Assembly: GCA_009914755.4 (NCBI GenBank)
Contig: CP086569.2
Span: 22,048,001 to 22,112,000 of the forward strand
Origin: the human T2T-CHM13v2.0 reference genome, Homo sapiens
DNA: 64,000 nt
Reading direction: 5' to 3'
Positions 10,503 to 23,030 of this stretch are shown here, piece after piece. Numbering within the stretch: the first letter of the stretch is position 1; the number at the start of each line of letters is the position of its first letter. The notes under the pieces are model-generated. The model saw only the letters and a program-made list of their open reading frames with translations. It did not search any database and had not been told where the DNA came from. Position numbers and translations under genes: made by a program.

Positions 10503-11576
10503 TGTCAGCTTGAGAGGTGACAATGTCCTAGCAGCGGTCACTCACTCTTGGTGCCTCCTCAGCCTCGGCATCCACTCTGGCCATGCTCGAGGAGCCCTTC
10601 AGCCCACTGCTACACTGTGGGGGCCCCTCTCTGGGGCTGACCGAGGCCAGAGGCAGCTCCCTCTCCTCAGGCAAAGGTGTGGAGGGAAAGGCATGAGTGG
10701 GAGCCAGAGCTGTGCGCAGCACTCGTGGGCCAGTGCAGGTTCTGGGTGTGTGCAGGCTCAGTGGGCCCCACACTCGGTGCGGCCGGCTGGCACCTGCTGG
10801 GCTTGATCAGGGGATGAGCTCCCTCTGGGCTGCCAGCATGCCTGCGGAGGGTGCCAGTAAGAGGTGAAACCGGCTGGATTTCTGGGACAGGGGGGAACTT
10901 GGAGAAATTTTCTGTCTAGATAAAGGATTGTAAACACACCAATCATCACTCAGTGTCTAGCTAAAGGTTTGGAAACTCGCCAATCAGTGCTCTGTGTCTA
11001 GCTAAAGGTTTCTAAATGCACCAATCAGCATGCTGTCAAAATGGACCAATCAGCTCTCTGTAAAATGGACCAATCAGCTCTCTGTAAAATGGACCAATGA
11101 GCAGGATGTGGGTGGGAGCAGATAAGGGAATAAAAGCAGGCCACCTGAGTCAGTAGCAGCAACCTGCTGGGGTTCCCTTCCACTCTGTGGAAGCTTTGTT
11201 CTTTCACTCTTTGCAGTGAATCTTGCTGCTTTTCACTCTTTGGGGCTGCACCACCTTTATGAGCTGTAATACTCACCAGGAAGGTCTGCAGCTTCACTCC
11301 TGAAACAAGTGAGACCACAAACCCACCAGAAGGAATGAACAACTCCAGAAGCTCCGCCTTTAAGAACTGTAACACTCACTGTGAAGATCTGCAGCTTCAC
11401 TCCTGAAGTCAGCGAGACCAAGAACCCACCAGAAAGAAGAAATTCTGGATGCATCTGAACATCTGAAGGAACAAACTCCAGACACACCATCTTTAAGAAC
11501 TGTAACACTCACCACGAGGGTCTGCAGCTTCATTCTTGAAGCCAGTGAGACCAAGAACCCACCAATTCTGGTCACA
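10503..11576 (+). mobile_element. LTR12-like (HERV9-type) LTR, plus orientation; unambiguous from about 10915, GC/CpG-rich 5' extension 10503-10915 tentatively included
   Basis: From 10915 tgtctagataaaggattgtaaacacaccaatca, then CCAAT arrays (accaatcag x5-6), then R/U5 tandem units ctgtaacactcacc.., ending ..ccaattctggtcaca. No PBS follows, so it is a solo or 3' LTR. Confidence 0.7.
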
Positions 11577-12954
11577 GGTTCACAGGCATGTCCCCTCCTT
11601 CTACAGCTGTGAATTCTAGAGGATTGGAACCTAATTAGTTGTGGCAAACAGACATTACACACATCCCTGAATTTGGATAACTAAGATATGTACATGTATC
11701 TGTTGCTACCAACACTCATTTACATAATGTAGTCCTAATGAATTATTAACATGAAGAAGAGGGTATGTTTATGTTCACATCCCCTTAGGTCCTCTTTAGA
11801 TTCCTGCATGATGCATCAAACCATACCATGGAGTGGCTAAGAACCCATCCCGGTACTGGAAATGAAGACAATGACCCTACATAACTTCCAAAATCAGACA
11901 GAAACAGAAAGATTAATGAGAAAAATAAAGGGAAAGAGTGAGTAAGAAATAGACTAAAAACAAAAAGCTGAGAGACAGACACAGCAATTAATACTAAGGA
12001 GAAACATAAAAGAGGATGGAGAGAGAGAAATATTAAGTAAGTTATAAGAATGCAACTTTAGCAAGGAAAGTTATAAAACAAAATTAGAAAGTTAAGGCAT
12101 GTAAAAGATTGTAAAAGTTGTGAAGAATGTTATAAAAAGGAATTTCTGTGGAAATGTTATATAATCTTTGTTTTGAAGGTCTAAGCAAGTTGTAATTGTA
12201 GAAAATATTCTGTATGTAAACATATTGGCTAAAGTTAAAAAAGTATTCAGTTTTTCTATATGCTACAGATTAAAATAAAGCACAAGTTGTTCTTAAAACA
12301 ATAACCTGCTCTTTAAACATCATACAAACTCTCTTAGCCCAGTCACCACCCCTAGAATTTCCAACACCAGATTGGAAAGTATGTCCTCATCAAAGGATAG
12401 AAAGAAGAAAAAACTTGAGCCAGCCTCAGAAAGACCCTAGGACCTGTAGCCTCAAACAATGCAGCTTGCTAAGACAATGCATGCCCTGGACAGAATGCTG
12501 AGGAAGATGACTCAGAAGACTGTATGAGTCCTGCTCTGGAAACAGACAGCATTCACTCCAGATAATTTATTTCATTTTAATTTTCTTGCTGTGCCTATAT
12601 CTATACCTGCTACACACTATTAAGCTCATCTCTTAATTCTGCCTTTTTTCAGCCCTGTTACTTAAGCAGACACTCCCTTTCCAGCTTTTAACAATGTAAC
12701 TGTTTGCCTGGAAGGAGTTAACAAACACCCAGTGGAGTTCCTTGGTAGCAGCACACATCAAACTAACATCCAAGTAACACTAAAGGTAATTCTTTGACTG
12801 GAAAAGAATGCTGCTAATTGTACTCATTTTTGTGTGTGTGTTATTTGCTAATTCTGGGATGAAAGCCAGAATAAGAGCAGTGACGGCCTCTCCTGACAAA
12901 CCTGTGGCTGCATATATCTGCTCTCTGCAATCAAAAAGACATGATACAGAGACC

Positions 12955-12969
12955 AAAAAACGGGGGAAA
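12955..12969 (+). promoter_or_regulatory. polypurine tract (PPT) of outer provirus
   Basis: aaaaaacgggggaaa lies immediately 5' of the 3' LTR start (tgttgaggttc..). This fixes the provirus orientation as +. Confidence 0.6.
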
Positions 12970-13773
<804 letters not shown>

Positions 13774-13778
13774 TTCAT
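13774..13778 (+). repeat. target-site duplication TTCAT (downstream copy)
   Basis: Follows the LTR terminal CA. After it the L1 ORF2 antisense sequence resumes. Confidence 0.7.
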
Positions 13779-15300
13779 CTATGGAAATGATTATATAATT
13801 TTGCCTTCCATTCTATTACTGTGATATTAATTTGAATATGTTAAACCATCTTACATCTTTGGGGTACATCCCACTTGGTGATAGAGAATGAGATTTTTTA
13901 ATGTGTTGATTCATGTGGTTTGCTAGTAATTTGTTGAGAATTTTGCGTTTGTGTTCAACAGGGACATTCACCTACAGTTTTCATTTTTGCCTGTACTTTT
14001 TCTGGCTTTGGTATTATAAACTGATACCAAACTGGTATAAAGTGAGTTTAAATATTGTTTAATCTTTAACTCTTTGGGTAATGAGTTTGAGAATTGATAT
14101 ATATTGTTCTTTACATATTTGATAAAATACAGCTGTGGAGCCACCAGATGCAAGGCCCTTCTTTGATACATAGTTGCTATTGCTAATTCAACTTCTTACT
14201 GATTGACTTTTCTTTTTCTTTCCATCATTCAATCTTAGTAAGTGTGCCAAGAAACATTACTGTCTTCTGAATTATCCAATTTGTCTTGAGTATGCAATTG
14301 CTTTACACCAAAACATATTAGCAATTGCAGTTGTCAATTACAGCACCTACGATCTTCTTCATTTCTATGGTATCAGTTGTTATGTCTTATTTATTTCATA
14401 TTTTTATTTGAGCAATTCTGTTTTTCATCTTAGTTCCCCTTCCTAAAGGTGTGATAATTTTGCTTCTCTCTTCCATAAACCTACTCTTAATTTTCTTGAT
14501 ATTTTGTATTGTCTCTCTGGTTTCTAATTCTGTTACTGTTGTTCTAATATTTTCTGTCTGCTAACTTTGGTGATAATGTTAGGTTGTTTATTTGATGTGT
14601 TTCTTGGTGATATAGACATTGATTTTTTAAAAAATATGACTTTATTACTTTTTCTATTGACCTATTTATAGTTTTATTTGTTTAATTTCAATGTAGTTGT
14701 GAAATAATTCAAAAGTGCCTTGAACTGTTGTTAATTTCTTGTCTGGCACCATTGCATTAAGAAAATACATTTGATATGCTTTCTATTTTAAGATGTGCTT
14801 AGAATTGCATTCTGGCCTCAGAATAAAATTTCTCCTGGGGAATATGCCATATTCAGTTGAGAAAATACTGGAGTTTTGTGGCTGAATGATGCAATGTTCT
14901 ATTCATGACTGTTAGGTTCATTTGGTCTAAAGAGTAGTTTAGGTTGAATTATTTGTCTGCTAAATTTGTGCATTGCTTATGGTGTGGTGTTGGAGACCAC
15001 TACCAATACTGTATTGTAGTCTACTTCTCCCTTCAGGTCTATTAGTGCTTGCTGTATTTATTTACATGTTTTAACGTTGGGTGTATATATATTTATAATA
15101 GTCATATAATCTTATTGTGTTGGTACTTTATATAATGAATTTCTATGTGTCCTATTACCAGTTTTTCCTGAACTCTTATTTTGTCTGCTGTAAATATAGC
15201 TGCCTCTGTGTTTTTTGGTTCCCATTCACATAACTGCCTTGTTCTATTTCTTCACATTTAGCCATCTGTGTTTTTATAGACAAATATCTTGAAGCAACAC
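13779..15300 (-). mobile_element. LINE-1 (old L1M/L1P-type) ORF2 region, continuation of the host L1
   Basis: ..gtgttgattcatgtggtttgctagtaatttgttgagaattttgcgtttgtgttcaacagggacattc.. matches L1 antisense ..gatgtgctgctggattcggtttgccagtattttattgaggatttttgcatcgatgttcatcagggatattgg. Confidence 0.65.
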
Positions 15301-16700
15301 AGGTTGAATGTTTAAAGGCTATATGTTTTTTACATTCATTTTAAGTTCAGGGGTACATAGGCAGTATGTACAGGTTTGTTACATAAAGAAACATGTGTCA
15401 TGGGATTTGTTGTAGAGATTATTTCATCACCTAGATTTTAAGCCTTGTACACATTAGTAAGTGTTCTTGGTCATCTCTGTCCCTCCAGCCTTCACCCTCT
15501 GGTAGGCCCCAGTGTGGTTTCTTCCCCTCTATGTGTCCATGTGTTCTCATCATTTAGCTTCCAGTTATGAGTGAAAACTTGTGGTATTTGTTTTTCTCTT
15601 GCTGTGTGAGTTTGCTTTGGTTAATGGTCTCCAGCTCGAACAAAGTCCCTGAAAAGGACATAACTTGATTTTTTCATGGCTGAAGAGTGTTTCATGGCAT
15701 ATGTGCACCACATTGTCTTTATCTGGTTAATCATGGATAGGCATTTAAATTGATTCAATATATATGCTTTTATGAATAGTGCTGCACTCAACAAATGAGT
15801 GCATGTCTTTATAATAGAATCATTTCTATTCTTTGGGGTATATACCTAGTAATGGGATTGCTCGGTTGAATGGTATTTCTCTCTCTAGGTCTTTGAGAAA
15901 TTGCCATACTGTATTCCACAATGATTGCACTAGTTTACCCAAGAGTGTAAAAGCTTTTTTGTTGTTGTTCTTCACAACCTTGCCAGCATCTGCTATTTCC
16001 TGACTTTTTTTTTTTTTTTTTTTTTTGAGATGGAATCTCACTCTATTACTCAGGCTGGAGTGCAGTAGTGGTGCTATCTTGACTCACTGCAAGCTCTGCC
16101 TTTCAGGTTAATGAAAGGCAATTCTGCCTTTCATTTTCTTGCCATTTCCAGGCTCCCGAGTAGCTGGAACTACAGGCACCCACTACCACACCCGGCTATT
16201 TTTTTTTTTTGTATTTTTTAGTAGAGAAGGGATGTCACCATGTTAGCCAGGATGGTCTCCATTTCCTAACCTTGTGATCTCCTGAGCCTCTCAAAGTGCT
16301 GGAATTACGGTCATGAGCCACTGTGTCCTGTATTTTCTGACATTTTAATAATGGCCATTCTGACTGGTTTGAGATAGGACTTCATTGTGGTCTTGACTGA
16401 CATTTCTCTGATGGTCACTGATGTTTTTACTGTTTTATTTTTTTAATTTGTTTTGGTCATAAATATATCTTCTATTGAAAACTGTCTGGTTCATGTTTTT
16501 GTTTGTTTGTTTGTTTTTTGCCCAGTTTTTAATGAGATTGTTTGTTATTTCATTTGTTCCAGTATTTGTCTAAGTTCCTTAAAGATACTGGATATTAGAA
16601 GTCTGTCAGATGCATAATTTACAAATACTTTTTCCCATTCTGTAGGATGTCTATTTATTTTGTTGATAGTTTCAAGCTAACAGAAAAAAGCAGGAGTTGT
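15300..16700 (-). mobile_element. LINE-1 3' portion (3' UTR and ORF2 C-terminus), split by an Alu
   Basis: Antisense 3' end ..tttaagttcaggggtacataggcagtatgtacaggtttgttacata.. ORF 15826..16041(-) LWNTVWQFLKDLEREIPFNRAIPLLGIYPKE is the L1 ORF2 C-terminus. Confidence 0.7.
16004..16332 (-). mobile_element. Alu SINE inserted in L1
   Basis: Poly-T, Alu body. TSD tatttcctgac / tattttctgac. Confidence 0.9.
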
Positions 16701-17399
16701 AATTCTACTCTGTCAAAATAGAATTTAAAATATTTTTACTTAAGTAAGTAAATAGGCCCCTGACTGAACAATTTTATCATCTGCTTACACTGAAAGTGAT
16801 TATTGATTGGTAAGAACTTATTAATGTCACTTGTGAATTGTTCTGGATGTGATTTCCAATAACTTATTTTTTTTTCCTCTCTTATTTTATTTTTCATGTG
16901 TGTGTTTGATGTTTTCCTGTAATGGTATTTACTGAACCTCTTATATGTCCCCTACAGTCAAGACTTATGTAAAAATTCTTGAGGCAGTATATGGCTGTCA
17001 TAGGTTAATAATAATGAATGACACTGCATGCACTAATTGTGACCTCTATCTCCTGCATCTTTTCTAAACTTTATGTTTTTTAATTTCAAAATATATAATT
17101 TAGTTATTTTTACCCCTTGTGAAATTAATGCAGCTATCATTACTTGTAATCATTTTGTCTTTTTACATCAAAGATAGATGTTATTGACACACCTTCATTA
17201 TAGTATCAGAATATTATTTATTTTGCTGAGTGCTTTTACCAGTGAGCTTTATAGTTTCATATGTTTTCATGTAATAATCTGTGCTCTTTTTCAGCTTCAA
17301 TCTCTCTTATCATGTCTTATGAAATAGGTCTGATGGCTGTAAACTTCCTCAGATTTTGGTTATTTGAGAAACACTTCATCTTTTCTTCATTTCAGAAGA

Positions 17400-18700
17400 A
17401 AAGCTTTATGTGTACATTATTCTTAGTAGGGAGTATTTTTTTCTCTTTTTCTTCATATTATTAATATGTAAGTAATATTGTCCCACTATTTCCTGACTGC
17501 AGGGTCTCTACTGAGAAATCTGCCAGCTGTTATGTACTCACTTATATGTTATTTTATTTTTTGTGTTGCTGCTTTTAGGATTGGCTTTGTTTTTTAAAAA
17601 AATTATTATAAAATATTTTAATGTAACTTTGTATAAATTAATCTGATTGGGAAACTTTGACATTTGTATATCTGGATATTTATATTTTGCTGCCAGTTGA
17701 AAAGTTTTCTGCTATCATTTGAAAAAAATGGCATTTCTACCATTTTATCTTTTTCTTCTTCTCTTGTTACTCTTATAATTAACAACGTTACTGTCTTCAT
17801 GCTGTTCCATAGATCTCATAATCTCTCTTCATTCTTTATTACCCTTTTCTCTTCTGACTATATATTTTGAAATAACTTGTTTTTGAGTTACCAAATTCTT
17901 TCTTCAGCTTGATTAATTTTGGTGTTGATGTTTTTTGTTGCAGTTTAAATTTTTATATATATATTTTAGTTTCAGATTTTCTGATTTATTTATTATGCTT
18001 ATTATTTTATAGTCTCTGTTAAATTTTTTGTTTTGCTCACTTACAGCTTTCTCTAGTTAATTCCTAATTGAATTGTTTCTTTTTATTTTAATAAAGTTTA
18101 CTGACCTTCCTTAAAGCAGTTATTTGACAAATGTTATTTAGTCAGACATTGTATACGTCTCCATTCCTCTAGGGTGAGTAATTAGCACTTTATTTTCACT
18201 TGATAATGCCATCTTTTCCTGACTTCCTGATATCTGTGGTCATATATTGGTGTGCACCCATTTGGTGAAGTACATACTTTTCCTAATAATTGCAGACTGG
18301 CTTTTCTGGGAAAGCCTTTCAATAGTCACCCTATCTGTAGGTTCTTGGCACACTTTCTGGTGTGGTTCTGATAATGAAAACTTCCAGGGGTGGTGAGGCA
18401 CTAGGTCGGGCTGAAATCTCAGGATCACCAATGGCTCTCTCTATCCTGTGGAGACTGATTGTAGATGTGGCCTAAAGACTGGGGCTGTGTGATGTTATCT
18501 GGTGCCAGGGTGGGTCTGGCATCTTTATGTTTAGGTACCAGTCTGGAGTCTGGGTCTGTGAGAACCTGCCCAGTTCTCTGTGGCATGCCCATGTTGGAGT
18601 ATAAGCCAAAGTTTGGTCATCATTTTACTGTCTTCCAAATAGCCAATTTCTCTCTGTGCACTGTGCTAATGAGTTAGGGAAGGGATGATGCAGGTAATAT
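17400..18700 (-). mobile_element. probable old L1 fragment (ORF1/ORF2 junction-like antisense)
   Basis: ..ctgcagggtctctactgagaaatctgccagctgttatg.. resembles L1 antisense ..tctgccgagagatctgctgttagtctgatggg. The match is weak and diverged. Confidence 0.35.
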
Positions 18701-19099
18701 AAAACTGCCCTTACTATGCTCTTCTCACCAAATCAGTATCCATTATGCAATAGTTACATAGCTGAAAATTTCATAACTATGTCCAATAATAATTGTTGTC
18801 AGGCTGTATTTTGTCAGAAAATTATCTTTGTATACACAAACTAAGGAGGACAGATATACAACTAGAAAATCCACACCCACAATAAGAAAAGTACTCTATC
18901 AAGATTTTTGAATAGATAAATCCATGTACAATTTCAACATGAAGAACTAAAAGGATGTAGAGAGTCAATAAGAAGAAATAAGAAATAGAAAACTTCAGCA
19001 ATCAGCTCCCACTTACAGAAGCATCACTATGAACAAATATCCTCACTTGAAAATATGTGTCCATAAGAACTGAAAGAAACAGGTTGGCAAAAACAGTAC

Positions 19100-20150
19100 T
19101 GCGTGGTAGCAAAATAGTAAGAAAAGACACATGGACTTCTCTTTTTCTGCATATTGAAGTCTGCTTTCTGACTTATAAATGCTGAACTCTTTATTTCTTG
19201 GATATGGATTAAGCATCCTTGGTTTATAAATTGCAGAATTGTTCCTTGAATATGAGCATACTGATATTTTCATCTCTTGCCAGTGGATAGAAGTTGTCCA
19301 GTTGAATAAAGTCTGGCTGCCTTCTTTTTGATAAAGGACTATAATTAATATCTGTAGAAAAACTAAACAGGTGCTTCTTGGAAAAATGAAGGCTTCCAAT
19401 CTGTGTATACCATGGTCTTTCAACTTAGACTTGGATGGAAAGTTTACACCCAGTGAGCTGTGACTGAATTTTATAAAATATGAGTGTGTGTCCCATCCAT
19501 ACCTAGCTCTCCTCTTTGCCTCTATATGGCTATGAGGTTTCTGGCAGTCTAAACCTTAATCTCTCTTACCTTGGTCATAAACATGCTCTTCAAAGAATAA
19601 ATCTGGCTTTATCAGTTCTTGTTTATGGATACAGAAAACTTGGCAAAATAAACTTTGGCTTCCTTCTTTGAATAGGAAATATGAGCTCTCTGGAGATATA
19701 ATGAATGGGAGTTCTCCACCTGTACAACTGATTATCTTTTTTGGACATGGGATGAGATTTCTAGGGGTATATACCACAAAGTGCAACTCAGCTTTCCTGC
19801 TGTATAAACACTGCCCATCTTCTTTCTTGTGACTGATTTGAGATTCACAACATAAACCCAATCTCACTCCTTGGGCAAGGATGTAAGTTCCTGACTCTGT
19901 ACAACCTGACAGTCTTAATTGTTGCCTAGAGATGTTACAAAATTGGCTTTCTAAAGTCTGATTACTTTCTTTTGACAATGTCATAAAATTTTCAATGCTA
20001 TAAGGCTTGTTTGTTTGTTTTCCTCACTTGGGTATTTCTATGAAATTTCCAGTTGTATAAATTCTGACTTCCTTCTCCCCAAGATAAAATTGAGATATCC
20101 TGTGTGTATAAAGCTCGGCAAACTTTCTTTTTAGATATCTTTCACAGCTC
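19100..20150. repeat. cryptic degenerate tandem-like array (about 25-60 bp irregular units with motif ..cttct(t)t..ataaa..)
   Basis: Recurrent units, e.g. aataaagtctggctgccttctttttgataaagga / aataaactttggcttccttctttgaataggaaa / ataaatctggctttatcagttcttgtttatgga. ORFs 19043..19423(-) and 19556..19984(-) have no recognisable homology. Confidence 0.3.
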
Positions 20151-20468
20151 TTTTGGCAATAAGCACTGACCTACTTCCTCTTTGCTTAACTATGTACACT
20201 TTCTGGTTGCTTAATGTCTCTTATTAAGTATGAATCACATAATGTATACACCCTAGACTTTTCCTACACACACATACACTGCCCCCCCCACACACGCATA
20301 TGTATATGCACCCAGGTATATTTTCATAAGGCCAAAGCTGACCGGCATCACAAACCAGCATAAACAAATTCATCATCATAGCTAATTTGTATAGTGGACA
20401 CGGGCATATTTAGCTATATGCAAGATTATAAGATATTTTCAAAGTGTGTACATAGTCATCTGTGTTTG

Positions 20469-20821
20469 TGATATGGTTTGGCTGTGTCCCCACCCAAACC
20501 TCAACTTGACTTTTATCTCCCAGCATTCCCATGTGTTGTGGGAGGGACTCAGGGGAAGGGAATTTAATCATGGGAGCTGATCTTTCCCCTGCTATTCTTG
20601 TAACAGTAAATAAGTCTCCTGAGATATTATGGGTTTATCAGCATTTCCACTTTTGCTTCTTCCTCATTTTCTGTTTCTGCTACCATGTAAGGAGTGCCTT
20701 TTGCCTACCGCCATAATACTGAGGCCTCCCCAGGCATGTGGACGGTAACTCCAATTAAATCATTTTTTCTTCCCAGTCTTGGGTATGCCTTTATCAGCAT
20801 TGTGGATACAGATGAATACAA
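20469..20821 (+). mobile_element. THE1 5' LTR
   Basis: About 353 bp, ending ..gtggatacagatgaatacaa. Compare consensus ..gagaacggactaataca. Confidence 0.85.
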
Positions 20822-22361
20822 TAAATTGATACCAGTAGAGTGGAGCATTGCTGAAAATATAACCAAAAATATGGAAGCAAATTTGGAACTCAGTAACAGG
20901 CAGAGGTTGGAACGATTTGGAGGGCTCAGAAGAAGACAGGAAAATATAGGAAAGTTTGGAACTTCTTAGAGACTTGTTGAATGGCTTTGCCCAAAATGCT
21001 GATACTGATATGGATAATGAGTTCCAGGTTGAGGTGGTCTCAGATGGAGATGAGGAACTTGTTGGAAGTAAACTGGAGTAAAGGTGACACTTGTTACATT
21101 TTAGCAAAGAGACTGGCAGCATTTTTGCCCTTGAACTAAAGGCTTGTGAAATGTTGGACTTAAGAGAGAAAATTTAGGGTATCTGGCAGGAGAAATTCCT
21201 AAGCAGTGAAACTTCAAGAGATGACTTGGGTACTGTTAAAAGCATTCAGTTTTATAAGGGAAGCAGAGCATAAAACTTTGGAAAATTTGCAGCCTGACTA
21301 TTCAAAAGAAAAGAAAAAAACATGTTCCAGGGGAAAATTCAAGCTGGATGTAGAAATTTGCATAGCTAGCAAGGAGCCTAATGTTAATCCCCAAGACCAT
21401 GGGGAAAATGTCTCCAGGCCATGTCAGAGTCCTTCACAGTATCCCCTTTCATTACAGACCTGGAAGCCCATGAGGAAAAAGTGGTTTTGTGGGCTGGGCC
21501 CAGTTTCTCCATGCTGTGTGCAGCCTAGGAACTTGGTATTGTGTGTCCCAGCCACTCCAGCCGTGGCTGAAAGGGGAAACATACAGTTTGGGCTCTGGCT
21601 TCAGTGCATGGAAAGATCAAGCCTTGGCAGTTTCCATATGGTGTTGAGCCTGGGTGTACAGATGTCAAGAATTTAGGTTTAGGAACCTCCACCTAGATTT
21701 TAGAAGATGTATGGAAATGCCTGGATGCCCAGGCAGAAGTTTGCTTCAGTGATGGTGCCCTCATGGAAAACATCTCCTAGGACAGTGTGGAAGGGAAATG
21801 CAGTTTCAGAACCCACACACAGAATCCCTACTAAGGCACTGCCTAGTGTAACTGTGAGAAAAGGGTCACCGTCCTCCAGACTCCATAATGGTAGACCCAC
21901 TGACAGCTTGCAGCATGCACCTGGAAAAGCCACAGACACTCAGCCACAACCAGTAAAATCAGACAGGTGGGTGGCCATACCCTGCAAAGCCACAGAGGTG
22001 GAGCTGCCCAAGACCATGGGAACCTATCTCTTGCACCAGTGTGACCTAGATTTGAGACCTGGAGTCAAAAGAGATCATTTTGGAACTTCGAAATTGTACT
22101 TCCCTACTGGATTTCACACTTCCATGGGCCCTGTAACCCCTTTATTTTCACCAATTTCTCCCATTTAAAATGGCCATATTTATCCAATCCCTGTACCCCA
22201 ATTGTTTCTACGAAGTAACTAGCTTGCTTTTGATTTTACAGTCTCATAGGTGGAAGGAACTTGCCTTGTCTCAGATGAAACTTTGGATTGTGGACTTTTG
22301 GTTTGTTGGGAAGGCATAATTTATTTTGTAATGTGAGGACATGAGATTTAGAGAGGTGGAA
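20822..22361 (+). mobile_element. THE1/MaLR internal region (non-coding)
   Basis: About 1.5 kb between the two LTR copies. A similar sequence recurs at 49700-50500. Confidence 0.75.
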
Positions 22362-22427
22362 TAATATGGTTTGGCTGTATCCCCACCCAAATCTCAACTT
22401 GAATTGTACTATCATAATTTCCACATG
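22362..22427 (+). mobile_element. THE1 3' LTR, first part (up to the L1 insertion)
   Basis: taatatggtttggctgtatccccacccaaatctcaacttgaattgtactatcataatttccacatg. Confidence 0.8.
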
Positions 22428-23030
22428 TTCTTATTTATTTCTTGCCTTCTGCTAGCTTTGGAATTTGTTTGCCCTTGCTTCTCTAGTTCTTTTAATTGTA
22501 ATGTTAGGGTGTCGATTTTAGATCTTTCCTGCTTTCTCTTATGGGCATTTAGTGCTCTAAGTTTCCCTCTACACACTGCTTTAAATGTATCCCAGAGATT
22601 CTGGTACATTGTGTCTTTATTCTCATTGGTTTCAAATAACACCTTTATTTCTGCCTTCATTTCTTTATTTACTCACTAGCCATTCAGGAGCAGGTTGTTC
22701 AGTTTCCATGTAGTTGTGCAGTTTTGAGTGAGTTTCTTAATCCTTAGTTCTAACTTGATTGGACTGTGGTCTGAGAGGCAGTTTGTTGTGGTTTCTGCTC
22801 TTTTACATTTGCTGAGGAGTGCTTTACTTCCAACTATGTGGTCAATTTTGGAATAAGTGTGATGTGGTGCTGAGAAGAATGTATATTCTGTTGATTTGGG
22901 GTGGAAAGTTCTGTAGAAGTCTATTAGGTCTGCTTGGTGCAGAGTTGTGTTCAATTCCTGGATATCCTTGTTAACCTTCTGTCTGATTGATCTGTCTACT
23001 ATTGACAATGGGGTATTAAAGTGTCTTGCA
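22428..23030 (-). mobile_element. L1 segment in antisense (ORF2 nt about 1150 down to about 440), the inverted 5' segment of an L1 insertion
   Basis: ORF 22676..23008(-) ..QKVNKDIQELNTTLHQADLIDFYRTFHPKSTEYTFFSAPHHTYSKIDHIVGSKALLSKCKRAE.. is the L1 ORF2 endonuclease region. Confidence 0.8.

Noticed and set aside
10510-10806. GC-rich 98-aa ORF and its antisense 81-aa ORF
   Set aside because: They lie within the LTR12-like U3 extension. High GC content gives long stop-free frames, and there is no protein homology.
11240-11580. About 80-bp direct repeats separated by short spacers (superficially CRISPR-like)
   Set aside because: They are LTR12 R/U5 tandem units in eukaryotic DNA. The repeats are imperfect, and there is no cas context.
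19556-19984. 142-aa minus ORF (largest non-repeat-looking ORF)
   Set aside because: It has no recognisable homology or motifs. It overlaps a degenerate tandem-like array and starts with a non-ATG start under bacterial rules.
21206-22168. Two approximately 155-aa + strand ORFs
   Set aside because: They lie inside the THE1/MaLR internal region, which is non-autonomous and non-coding. No homology was found.
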